Source of the DNA: Malacoraja senta
Lineage: Eukaryota
DNA length: 64,000 nt
Direction: 5' to 3'
Assembly: GCA_038087875.1 (NCBI GenBank)
Contig: CM075978.1
Location: 175,026,001 to 175,090,000 of the forward strand
The position numbers and the translations under genes were made by a program. Under the pieces are notes generated by a model that did no database searches, was not told the DNA's origin, and saw only the letters and a list, made by a program, of their open reading frames with translations. The stretch's first letter is position 1. Each line of letters begins with the position of its first letter. Below are positions 39,008 through 50,089 of this stretch, piece after piece.

Positions 39008-39084
39008 CCAGGCCTGCTTCGTCGTCGATACGTTTCTGAAAGTGTCACCTTGGACGATGTATTTCCTTGGAATTTTGAATGCGG
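39008..39084 (+). CDS. Gene B leader exon; start uncertain (ATG at 39057, or spliced from an upstream mini-exon)
   Basis: ...MYFLGILNA G|GTAAAC phase-1 donor, ending like the leaders of genes A and C (IINA, FINA); tttcccag acceptor at 39007. Confidence 0.6.
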
Positions 39085-39372
39085 GTAAACTAGGGCTTCT
39101 ATTGCTTTTTATTTATGGGTCTTCAAATTCATATGATAGTTGTACCTTATAATGTCATGCTGAATTGTCCATAAAGTCATTGCTGTTGTATGAGTTCTGG
39201 AAAGGAGTGCAATTTACGAAACCTTTACGAGGACACAAAAGGCGGGCATAATAATTCGGTTCAATTCATCGTATATATTTATTCTGCGTGCAATAAGATA
39301 TTTGTCAGCAGTGTTAAATTTCCATTGCTGTATATCAATGACTAAACTGGATTGTGCACCATCTATTGACAG

Positions 39373-39684
39373 CTGCTGAGAACAGGTCGGGCAAGACGAT
39401 ATCGAATGTTGTTCAGAAGACGGTGATCAGTGGCATAAACATTACCTGTCGGTGTTCCTTCCCCTTCAATGTAAATCTGTCAAACCTAAAGGTTTTCTGG
39501 TGGAAAGATGGAAATAAAGGCTTCCTGAAAGAAGATAGCAGGAAAATCTTCATCATAAGGGCAGGAGGCGCCTACCTTCACCTGCTGAATGTCACGGTCT
39601 CGGACGCCGGAACATACTATTGTCTTGCAAAACAAGCGGGCCGAACGGTTGGGGAGGGAACAGGAGAGCAACTGATCGTATATG
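39373..39684 (+). CDS. Gene B exon: Ig V-set domain with J-like GEGTGEQLIVY
   Basis: ttgacag acceptor, G|GTGAG donor, 312 bp, phase 1-1; VFWWK, DAGTYYC. Confidence 0.93.
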
Positions 39685-40608
39685 GTGAGCGAACGGTACT
39701 TTAGTTGCTAGACAAAAGTGCTGGAGAAACTCAGCGGGTGCAGCAGCATCTATGGAGCGAAGGAAATAGGCAACGTATCGGGCCGAAACGTTGCCTATTT
39801 CCTTCGCTCCATAGATGCTGCTGCATCTGCTGAGTTTCTCCAGCACTTTTGTATACCTTCGATTTTCCAGCATCTGCAGTTCCATCTTAGGTACTTTAGT
39901 TGCAGCTCAAATTTGGATGTTGCGTCACAAAAGTCTTTAATCCAGAATACAAATGTGCAAAACGTTGGAAAATTATTCTAGATTGATTCGTTTGAAAATA
40001 TAGGTCAGAGGGCATGACAGCAATGATATTTGAGTTGAAGTATATTGAAGGTAGTGAGTGTAAGATGAATAAATACAACGGATTCAATTTGACACTGAAC
40101 GCCGAGGCGGGGATCCTCCTGATGTTTTCCTAATGATAATGTTATCAATATATAATCCTGTGAATTGAAAGAGCGAGGTTTTTACTTGCACAAATTAATT
40201 GAAATATAAATTAGATTTCTTGCGCCGAATTAGAGAAACAAGAAATTTTAGTGATAGCATTCTCTGTAAGCCAAAGTCTGCAACTGTTTATGACTGATTA
40301 TATTGGGAAGTTGAAATATTCACAACAGTACTGTGCCTTTGAAGAGTTGAAACTTGAAAGTTGATTCGCGCATGTTAGCACAGGAAACAAGTGTGCAAAT
40401 TAGTGCTCTTTTCTTAAATTAAATGTCAAGGGAATGCATGTCAAGGGAAGGAGGGTGGGGGGGGGGGGGGTCAATTGCGTTGAAGAACACCTTCATCTGG
40501 GCTCCCGATTTAAAAATTATGATGGAATTAAGTAGCGTTGGAACAAATGCTATTGGATGATGTAATCGACTTTTCCCCTTTCTTTTAATTCCATTTCTCT
40601 TTACCTAG

Positions 40609-40914
40609 CTGTCCCTTCTCCTCTGAAGATTGTATCTGTTCGATCTAGAAATGCTGCGACTCATTTCCTGAAAATCCAGTGCAGAACGGCTGCGTTTTAC
40701 CCGAAAGAATTTAATCTCACCTGGCATAGAAATGGTTCCGTCATCCAATCTGGATTTCGGCATGAACAAAATTCAACGGCAGACGGATTGTATGAAGTTA
40801 TCAGCTCTTTAGAGGAGAAACGGGCAGTCAAAGAAGGAACCGTTTACACATGTAAAATTATTCACCGTTCTATGCTAACTCCAGCAACAGCCAACTACAC
40901 GGTTCCTCATGAAG
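40609..40914 (+). CDS. Gene B exon: Ig C1-set domain (not in ORF track)
   Basis: ttacctag acceptor, AAG|GTAAC donor, 306 bp; AVPSPLKIVS...IQCRTAAFYPKEFNLTWHRNG...DGLYEVISSL...YTCKIIHRSMLTPATANYTV. Confidence 0.93.
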
Positions 40915-41459
40915 GTAACGTAGTATAATGGATATAATTAATATAACATAGTATAATGGATAGTCCACTGAATAATAATATTAATAGTAAAAATAAAATG
41001 TGAGGATTTTTAAAAGACCGTATTTTCTGCAGTAAATTTATTTTCCTAGAACTTGTGCAATTTTCCTATTTTATGCCAGCGTAGACGGACGCTGTACAGT
41101 CCATTCAGCCTATGTTGCCTCCCAGAAGATCCCATCAATACCGTTCCCGCAATCGATCGCGCACCTGTAGCTCATTCCCTTTCAAGTGATCTACAAGTCC
41201 ACTCTGATGCCCCCTCAAACATCACACTTTCCCGAGGAATAATGTAAAAATAATCAATTAACTCACCAAGCAGTTCCTTGGTAAAATCTCAGAGAAAGTG
41301 CAATGTCCATGCAGACAGTTTCCGAAGCCAGGCCTGAGCTTGGATATCTGGAGTTGTGAATCGATAACACTATTGCTGCACCATTAACTCGGTGAAGGTT
41401 TTGTTTTTGTTCGTTTATGGCTGAAATGGATAACCAATTGCAACACAGACACAGAGGCT

Positions 41460-43510
41460 ACCTAAAAATAATCTGCGCAAATACCGAAATATGAAGTACT
41501 CCTCGTCCAATGTGTCTGTGGCCTCACTCTGGTAACGCAGGATGCCCAGAACAGAAAGGTCAGTGTGCGAGTGGGAAGGGGATTTAAAATAGTTAGCAAC
41601 CGGGAAATCCAATAGGCCTCGGCAGACCTCATGCATGTTTTTAGCTTAACGGCCGCATAATCTACCTTTGTCTCGTTATTGTACGGTAGCCCGCATCAGG
41701 AACACTGGATGCAGTAGATAAGGTTATGGGAGGTGGGTGGGGGGAGGGGGGATGGAGGAGGGATGGGGGGGGGGGGGATCACGTTCACTAAAGAATGAGA
41801 GCAAGGTGGAAGTTAGTGGAGTAATTAATAAAGGCCATAAGTTCTGCACGAGTGCAGGAAGTAGCTCCAGCGTAGTTGACGATGTATTCGAGGAGGGGTT
41901 CGGGGGTAACGACAGCGTATGTTTTAAACAAGCACTGCACAATGTAACCAACACAATGATAGCCTGTAGCTGTGGCTGATGTGAGTGTCCAGCGGCACCT
42001 TTAACTTGGAGAAAGTGAGTGGAGTCAAAAGAGAAGTTATTGAGGGTGACGACAAATTCCTCTAGACACAGGAGATTGTTCGTAGATATCGTTGGTCTCT
42101 TTTCAAGGAAGAAACGGAGGCCATGACATTGTCCTGATCCTAACCACTCTACACCCACTACAGATGTCAGAGGTCATTGGGAGAAGGCAGGAGAATGGGG
42201 TTAGGAGGGAGAGATAGATCAGCCATGATAAAATTGCTGAGTAGACATGATGGGCCGAATTGCCTAATTCTACCATTCCTTATGACCTTAATAGCCCTCC
42301 CCTGCCCGCCCATGCACAGCTCCTCCCAACCCCTCCTCTCTGAAGGTCTCTGGTCCCCACGCCCGAGCCTGCTTCTACACCACTGCTCGCCCCTGACCCC
42401 ACCCCTCACCTCTGTCGTGTTTTCACCACCCCCTGACCTCCTTTGCGATACAGTACGGCCAGTCCTCGACAATTAGTACTACATCCTACACCCGTGCAGA
42501 ACTCAACTTCACCACTAATTTCCACCATGCCCACAAATGTACCTGGACTATCTCTGATACCGCTTTATCCTTCCTTTCTCTCTCTCTCTCCATTCACCCC
42601 ACCAGCCTCCGCAATACTAAACATCATCTTCGGACATTTCTGTCGCCTCCAACCTGATCCCATTATTGATCACATATTTACATCTCCATGCCTTTCCGCC
42701 TTTTGCAGACTGTTCCTCCACAACTATGTTTCATTCATCCCTTTAAACCCACACACCCCAACCCGATGTACTTTTCTCTACAACTGCCAGGAGACGTAAT
42801 ACCTGCCACTGTACCTCTTTCCTCGCCTCTATGCACGGACTCCGACAGTCTTTCCAGGTTGGACAGTAGTTCACATGCACCTTCTCTAATCTTATCTACT
42901 GCATCGGATGGTCTGGATGCGGGGTCCTGTACAATAGTGTGAAAAGGTGTGCATTCTGCGGCCATTTAGCTGAGCATGCTCAGACCTACTGGATCTCCCG
43001 GTAGCTAAGTATATTACTTCCCCTTTTACATTCCTACACTGACCTTTCTGTCCGAGGACCTGCCTTGCACAGAGTGGCGAAAGCAAATTCGACGAACAGC
43101 ACCTCATATTTCACTTGTATAGCATACAAGCCAGCGGCATGAACGTTGAATTCTCTCATTTTAGTAATGTCCACAAGCACGCACCTCCATCTCCTCTCCC
43201 TCTCCCCCACCCCGTCCCGCCCCCTCCCATATGCCCCCTTCCTCTAAATGTCGATTTACCAGTCCCACAATTCGCAACGATGTACCCCTCTTGGGATAGC
43301 GTCGTCCCAAACCAACAGTCGGCCTAACGGGGAACCGCCCTGCGTGGGGTCATATCGTGGTAGTCCCGATTGCTGCCGTTTTTTTCTTGCTTCTGCCCCC
43401 ACCCCCCACAATCAGTCTGAAGAAGTGTCCCGACACAAAACGTCACTTCTCCATTTTCTCCAACGATGCTGCCTGACCCGCTAAGTTACGCCAGCATTTT
43501 CAGTCTATCT
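41460..43510. mobile_element. Degenerate Penelope-like element(s) in inverted arrangement
   Basis: Minus strand RT/GIY-YIG remnants 41460-42160 (VVTLNNFSFDSTHFLQVKG; HSHTDLSVLG); plus strand RT/GIY-YIG remnants 42470-43170 ending in the pLTR-like repeat at ~43410-43510. Confidence 0.7.
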
Positions 43511-43893
43511 ATGAGAACTAACTTGTTGGCTCTTGCATTAATTGGGGACTGTTAGTGGGGAGAAGACGCCTGCAATGATTCACTCCTGACCAGCGTCAGT
43601 AACATTAACATCTCCTTCAAAATTTGGTGAACAGAATATATCCAAATTAATGTATTATGTTCTACAATTCCTGTTTCCTAACGGTCAATATCCCACAAGG
43701 TTCACTTAAGATCTATTTATTTCACTCGTAATCGCGCCATAAAGCGAAATTGCTGGCTCTGCCGCCTTCCACGCGGTGCTGGTGAAATCCATTGAGTGAA
43801 CATTTGAAATATCTTGCTTTGTTTTCCGCAAAGTCTACTTTGAAATAACTTAATTAAATATAAACGTTTGGTAATCGGTTTAACCTCCCACAG

Positions 43894-43995
43894 CTGTCGA
43901 GGGTTTATCTGCTTCTCTAATCGCTGGAAGTATCGGAGGTGCAGTGTTAATTTTAATGTTCATCGTTATCATCGTGATGGCAATTATATTTAGAG
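43894..43995 (+). CDS. Gene B transmembrane exon (uncharged)
   Basis: cccacag acceptor, AG|GTATG donor; AVEGLSASLIAGSIGGAVLILMFIVIIVMAIIFR. Confidence 0.88.
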
Positions 43996-44339
43996 GTATG
44001 TTTCTCATCCATTTTTTAACATTATCATCTCAGTATAATATTATAATATAATAATATTGGTAATTACGCGATTCTCTTGATAATAAAGGAAATGAAACAT
44101 TTTGTATGGGCAAAAATTATGATTATAATAAACAGCACCGACTAACGAAGATATTACATTTTGCATGTGACTAATGTTTGATGATCACATATTTTGAATT
44201 ATATGTATTATTTCGACACATTATCATATAGCAGCCAGCATTTAATTGTACCTGTTGAACATCTGTGAATTTTGTGATAAAAATGTGTTTCATTGATTGA
44301 AAGATAGCGCAGAGAAACCGGCCTTTTAACCCATCGATT

Positions 44340-44570
44340 CCAAGCCGGCCATCGATCATCCGTTCACACTAGCTCTACGTTAACCTACTTTCGCATCCAC
44401 TCAATACACAGTGGGGGCATTTACAGAGGTCAATTAACCCACAAACCGCACATTATTGGGATGTGGGAGTATACGGAGCAACGGATGAAACCCACGTGGT
44501 CACAGGGAGAACATGCCTCAAACTCCGCATTTACCTGCTGCACCACTGTGTCGTCCAACACTTTGGAAAA
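44340..44570 (-). mobile_element. V-SINE (HE1-like) remnant
   Basis: V-domain-like block similar to 56680-56880 and 61380-61495. Confidence 0.6.
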
Positions 44571-44732
44571 AGCGTGGCACAAACAACGTGGTTTAAGCCT
44601 TCACACATATGTAGTGAAGCCGTATACAGTGAAACTCTATCGTGCAATTATCACATGATATTACGTTCTTGGCGTGCAAAAACCCCCACCATGTCGCACG
44701 GCCTTTTATCACTATTTTATTTTTCCGAGCAG

Positions 44733-44776
44733 GTGCAAAGAAGCATACAGTAAATACAAATCGGACACAAAGTTGG
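44733..44776 (+). CDS. Gene B cytoplasmic exon 1 (GAKKHTVNTNRTQSW)
   Basis: tttttccgagcag acceptor, TGG|GTAAG donor; phase 1-0 bridges the TM exon and the next phase-0 exon. Confidence 0.72.
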
Positions 44777-45039
44777 GTAAGGCTAATTTAATATATGACT
44801 ATTCCATTTGTGAAAGTAGAGACAGGGTTGTGCCTTTGTTGAAACCAAGCCGTTTTAATGAGACCACGTCTTATTCTGTTTGAACGTATTCCCAATCCGT
44901 GAATTTCACAGTACACTACACAAAGGAGGACATAAAGAACAATACAAATGCATTTACAGGAGTTCGCATTTATTATAGATATCATATATATTGTTTACAC
45001 CAGGCGTAGTGAAAGGAATATTTTCATTTGCACCTTACT

Positions 45040-46490
45040 GTTTCCTGTCCAGCCACAGGCGAGATTTCGGAATACTAGAGAGTGGCCATGCTGTTTCTTT
45101 GTTTAAGAAGGGAAGTAGAGGGAATCCGAGGCTCAACCAGTTGGATCTAAATATAGATCGTTTAACCACATGTTAGTGGTTGGGTACCGATTGGAAAGAC
45201 TTCGTCAAGAGAGGATCTACTGACATTGGGAAGAGAATGGACGGATTAGCGATAGCCAGCACGGTCTAACACGTTTTACTGATGTAATTGAGTTTTCTGA
45301 ACAGATGACAAAGGAGATTGATGAAGGCAGGGCAGTAGCTGCTGCAAACACGAATCTAATGAAGGCTTGTGATAAAGTTCCTCATGATAGGTTGATCCAA
45401 AAGATCAAGATCAAGATATACATGATCCACTGTAACTTGGTGATATGAATTCAGAACTGGCTTCTTCAGAGCGACAGAGGTTTGTCGAAGGAAGATCTGC
45501 CTGAAGGTCTGTGATCAGTGGAATTCCACAGGGACCTCTGTTATTTGTGATATATATAAATGACGTAGACATAAACCTAGATGGGTTGTTGAGTAAATTT
45601 GCTGAACAACAGGAGGAGTTGCAGACAGCGAGGAGGGCTGTCGGAAGATACAGAGGGTTATAGATCATCGATAGAAGTGGGTGGAGAAATGGCAGACGGA
45701 GCATGATGGAGTATAACCCGAGCAGTCTGAGCTGTTGCACCTTAGAATGGCGCATGTAAGGATAATGTCAAGATGCTAAAGTGAATTGATGTGCAGGGAG
45801 GTCATGGAGTCCAAGCTCATAGCTCACTGAAGACGGCAGCACGAAGAGATAGGCTGGTAAAGATGGCATATGATATGTTTGCTTTCATTGCTACGGCATT
45901 GAATATAAAAGTCAATAAATCATGATACAGCTCTATAAGACTCTGGTTAAGGCCCATTTCGAGATTTCCGTGCGGTTCTGGTAGCCTCATTACAGAAAGC
46001 CTTTTGGGAGGGTGCAGAAGAGGTTTATCAGGTGCGCTTGGATTAGAGCGGTGCAAGTAAATGAAGGGGTTGTATAAACTTGGATTGTTTTTTTCTGGAA
46101 ATTCGGAGCATGAGGGCAGAATTGATAGAATGAAAGGCATAGATAGGGTAGACCGTCAGAACCTTTTCCACAGAACAGAAATGTCTAATGCTAGAGGGCA
46201 TAGCTATAAGGTGTGTGGGAGAATGTTTGATGGAGGTATACGGGGTAAGTTCTTTACATAGCGATTGTTGTTTGCCTGGAAGGCATTACCATGTGTGCTG
46301 GTGGAGGCAGACACGATAGTGGCGTTTAATAGACATTTAGATGGACATATGCACAAGGAAAAACGGATATGGATCATGTACAGATAGATGAGATCAGTTT
46401 AAAATGGCATCGTGTTCAGCACAAGCATTTTGGGCTGAACACGATGCCAAGGGCGCGTTCCTATGCTGTACTGTTCTATGTTCCATATTA
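45040..46490 (+). mobile_element. Old degenerate CR1
   Basis: RT and 3' UTR remnants (LFKKGSR, CDKVPH). Confidence 0.7.
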
Positions 46491-46689
46491 TGTGCAGTTA
46501 TCATATTGATCTGTCCAGTTGCGACTGTTTGCCCCGCAGTCGATTAGACTCTGGAAATTGGTCTTCGTGCGATAAGTCATTCGAGACAAACAAAAAATAA
46601 TTGTCCCTCGTTTATTCTTGCCAGTGCATTCCACGCGAAAGCTTTATCTGTAGTATAACTAATCTTAAAATAAGTTCATGAATTTCCAG

Positions 46690-46800
46690 GAAGAATGTGA
46701 GAACGTTGGCCGCAATCCGATGTACGCATATTTGGATCTTGTCCGCTGCAAAGAATATGAGAAACCTGAAGAGCATGTGGAGAGCCCTGTGTATGCAAAG
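46690..46800 (+). CDS. Gene B cytoplasmic exon 2 (EECENVGRNPMYAYLDLVRCKEYEKPEEHVESPVYAK)
   Basis: tttccag acceptor, AAG|GTAAAG donor, phase 0-0; two YxxL/I motifs. Confidence 0.8.
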
Positions 46801-46912
46801 GTAAAGTTCGTTTCACGCTTTTACTCTACACATCTGAGAATATAGATACGTCGTACTCGGAGAAATTAGTCATTTTCTTGTCCAATTAACAATAGCATAC
46901 ATTTGTGCACAG

Positions 46913-47044
46913 ATCGCAATTGTGGCTGCTGCTGATAATGAACTGGCATACGCTCCCTTGAACACGTCAAGCTCGACAAAGAATTTGAAACGGCAACATA
47001 AAGAAATAAGTGTAATATATAGCGGGGTGAAAAATAACAACTAA
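46913..47044 (+). CDS. Gene B last exon with two canonical ITIMs (LAYAPL, VIYSGV)
   Basis: tgcacag acceptor; IAIVAAADNELAYAPLNTSSSTKNLKRQHKEISVIYSGVKNNN*. Confidence 0.85.
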   Translation: MAIVAAADNELAYAPLNTSSSTKNLKRQHKEISVIYSGVKNNN

Positions 47045-47057
47045 ATTCGTCGGGCTA

Positions 47058-48107
47058 TATGTAGGTATGTTACAAAACTTACCTTCAGTCGCGCTGTAAT
47101 TCTGCCACTGGCCGTGTGCGCGATTTTGGCGCCTTTAAGGGGGGGGCGGGGTTAAAACGCGGTTTATCCTCCCTTGTCCTGGAAATATTTTGTTGGAGTA
47201 CAAAACTTCGCTGACAAAATCGTTCCTACCGGCGTTTTGTGAATTTTTTATTTTTATTAAATCGTCAATGTCAGCGCTACAGTCATTTTAAAAGCAGCTC
47301 CTGAAGCGTCAACGCCAATAACGGGGACGGATTTCACACAATGGACAGGTAAACGAAAGTGCTTTCTTTAAATGTATAAAAGTGCTTCTTAAGAAGCCTT
47401 TAATTCACATTTTGTCATGCGACACGGTGATTTTATTCCCCGAATTAACGGCAGTATTTTTCATGCCAATACGGGGTTAAATTCACCGCAAATGAACGTT
47501 CCAAAAGATCGCGTTCCAGAAATTCTCACTCGCAAGATGAATTAAATCCCCATTAATTTACAGGTATTAAACATTCAATTCCTTCCATTTGGCCTGTAAA
47601 TTCATGAAAATTAGATTTAAAAATTATGTTATATTGTGAATTATTGTGTGAATGTTATTTGGACACTTAGGCTATTTAAAAATGTTAATCTATTCTTAAG
47701 AAATTGATAGATGTTTAGATCTAGTAATTGAATTTTGTAATTAGCTACAATTAGGTAACTAACTAATTATATGCTTTACTTTCATGTCTTCGAAGTAAGA
47801 TTGTTTCATATTTGTTTCAGAATGCTTCAATCTATAATACCTGAAAATTTCTTTCAGTTACCATAATTTTTAAGAAAGTTATGGGCTTTTAACTGTCCTC
47901 GATCACAGCTTTTGTGTTAAGTCAATGGAAAAGCAATAGGGAACTAGATGCTAATTTCTGAGTATGATAATGGCCATAACTTTTTTAATACTGAAGATAT
48001 GAAAGTGAATTAAGTGTCAAATTAAACTTCTTTTTATGCTTTATCTGATGGGATAAATTGCAGACTTTATTTTTTAAATCTCAAAATTTTGTAACATTGC
48101 TACTATA
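47058..48107. mobile_element. ~1.05-kb non-autonomous DNA transposon with TA-rich flanks
   Basis: Imperfect TIR TATGTAGGTATGTTACAAAA vs TATAGTAGCAATGTTACAAAA (reverse complement of the right end). Confidence 0.65.
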
Positions 48108-50089
48108 TGGCAGTGAATCGAAAATTTGTCAGTTACGCTGGAAATGAATTATTCGCTAATTTGATTCTAATTTAGTATATTCATAGTATCATTGTGTCAT
48201 ACAACATGGAAACAGGCCCTTAGGCCAAACTTCATGCCGTCCAATATGCCTCAATAATCACACCTACCCGCGTTTGACCCATATCCCTCTAAACGTTTCC
48301 TATCTATGTACCTTCCCAAAAATCCAATACATGCTGTTATATAATCTGACTCAACTCGTTGCAGACACCCGCTATGTGAAAGCAGTGCCCGTCAGTTTAA
48401 AAAAAAATTAAATCTCTCTCCTCTCACCTTCAACATGTGTCCTTTAGTTTTTTATTCCCGTACTTTGGGTAAAATACTCTGTGCATTCGTCCTATCTATT
48501 CCCAAAATGTAATTCTTAACTTTCATTGCCGCGGACCTACTCTTTTATGTACTGTGAAGTTATAATAGGCACGTTTCCTTCTTGATTGAGGGGGTTCACA
48601 CAGCATGGCTAACTTATAATTTGTTTAAGACCATCTCATTGTTATTACAATTCCATTATTCCCCATTATGTTTACCTTCGATTGCGTGAGTTGGCATTCC
48701 GAATTCCATTTATTCCTTTATTAAGCTTGGTGCATGTGGTTATCAATTGATTATTTTCTTTCATACCAAATAATTATTTCAAGATTCCGATTAGTGAATG
48801 TTAGTGAATTCGATATTTTATACATCCATAATCCCTCAATCGTACGACTTGTGGTTTTCAAATGTTAATCATTTTTATTTCACTGGATTACTCTCGTCAA
48901 ACTGTAAGCACATGCAAATTTCGCGCCGCGATATTAGAGACCCACTTATCACCTCCTCTTTTGATCCACCGATAAGCTAAGGAATTTTCGGCACCAGGTG
49001 TCCTTAGTTCCCCATTGCAGGACTCTTAGATATCTAATTGAATATGGTGAAATATTCTGTGTCTCAATTCTCTTTGCAACCATTACGCTTTTTATTTTTT
49101 GCAGGGGTGGGCTTATATGCATTTGGCCGTGAACATCGGCTCTGAGTGTACATTATTAATGTCTTGTAGCGGAACCAAACTGGCCTGTATTCTCCATTAG
49201 AAAGATACACAAGATTTGGAATTATCGAAAATGCTCAGCAAACTTGGCAGCATGTGTGCAACGAGAAATAGGTTTAATGTTTCACGTCGGAGATTGTTTC
49301 AGTAGAACTGGAAAAGAGAAATTGAAATTGCAGAATTGCTGAACGGTGGCAATCCATCTCTCTTGCAACCTTCTCCGACACCTACACGTACCTTTTTAAA
49401 CTTTATTTCCCAGTTGCGGCAGAAGCTCGTGGTTGAAACATAGACCGCTTTTCTTTCCAGGCATGTTATCAAACCAAATGAATGTTTTCCGTATATTATT
49501 TTTGAATTAACATCTTTAACATTTGTATATTTGATTTTAAATTTAAGAAAACCTGCATATCACATACTATTTTCAATGATAATCATGTTGTTCCTTAGTG
49601 GAATGAATGTTAGAGGTCTGAAATATTTGGTTTTCTATTTGAATCAAACATTCTGAAATGTGCACCGTGACTTCTAAGCAAATCAAGTTTTCGGAATAAA
49701 ATATTTGCTATCCTTTTTCGAAACCATATTTTGGAGGACAACATCGCATTTTCCCTTGTCAAATAATTAAAACTTATATGTCACAATTCTGCTGTGTGAT
49801 TTGTTTTGGAGATATGATTCCAGGTCAAAAGTTCACAAAATGCATATTCACAACAAGATTATTTATGACGCTGCAAAAAATCCCAAACTCAATGGCCTTA
49901 CCAATGGAAAAATATTAGATAAGCGAGAGTCATAGAAATACACAACACGAAAAGGCCAATCTAATTGGCATTGACCATCGGCTTCTTTGTCATATTCCTT
50001 CATTGAGACCATTTTATTTTCCCCAGTTTCACGACAAAGACTCTCCACTCCCACTTCCCGCCTCGACACACATTCACTCACACATTTTG

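Noticed and set aside
49075-49200. ttttgcag acceptor as an extra last exon of gene B
   Set aside because: Gene B already terminates at 47044; no frame gives a meaningful motif
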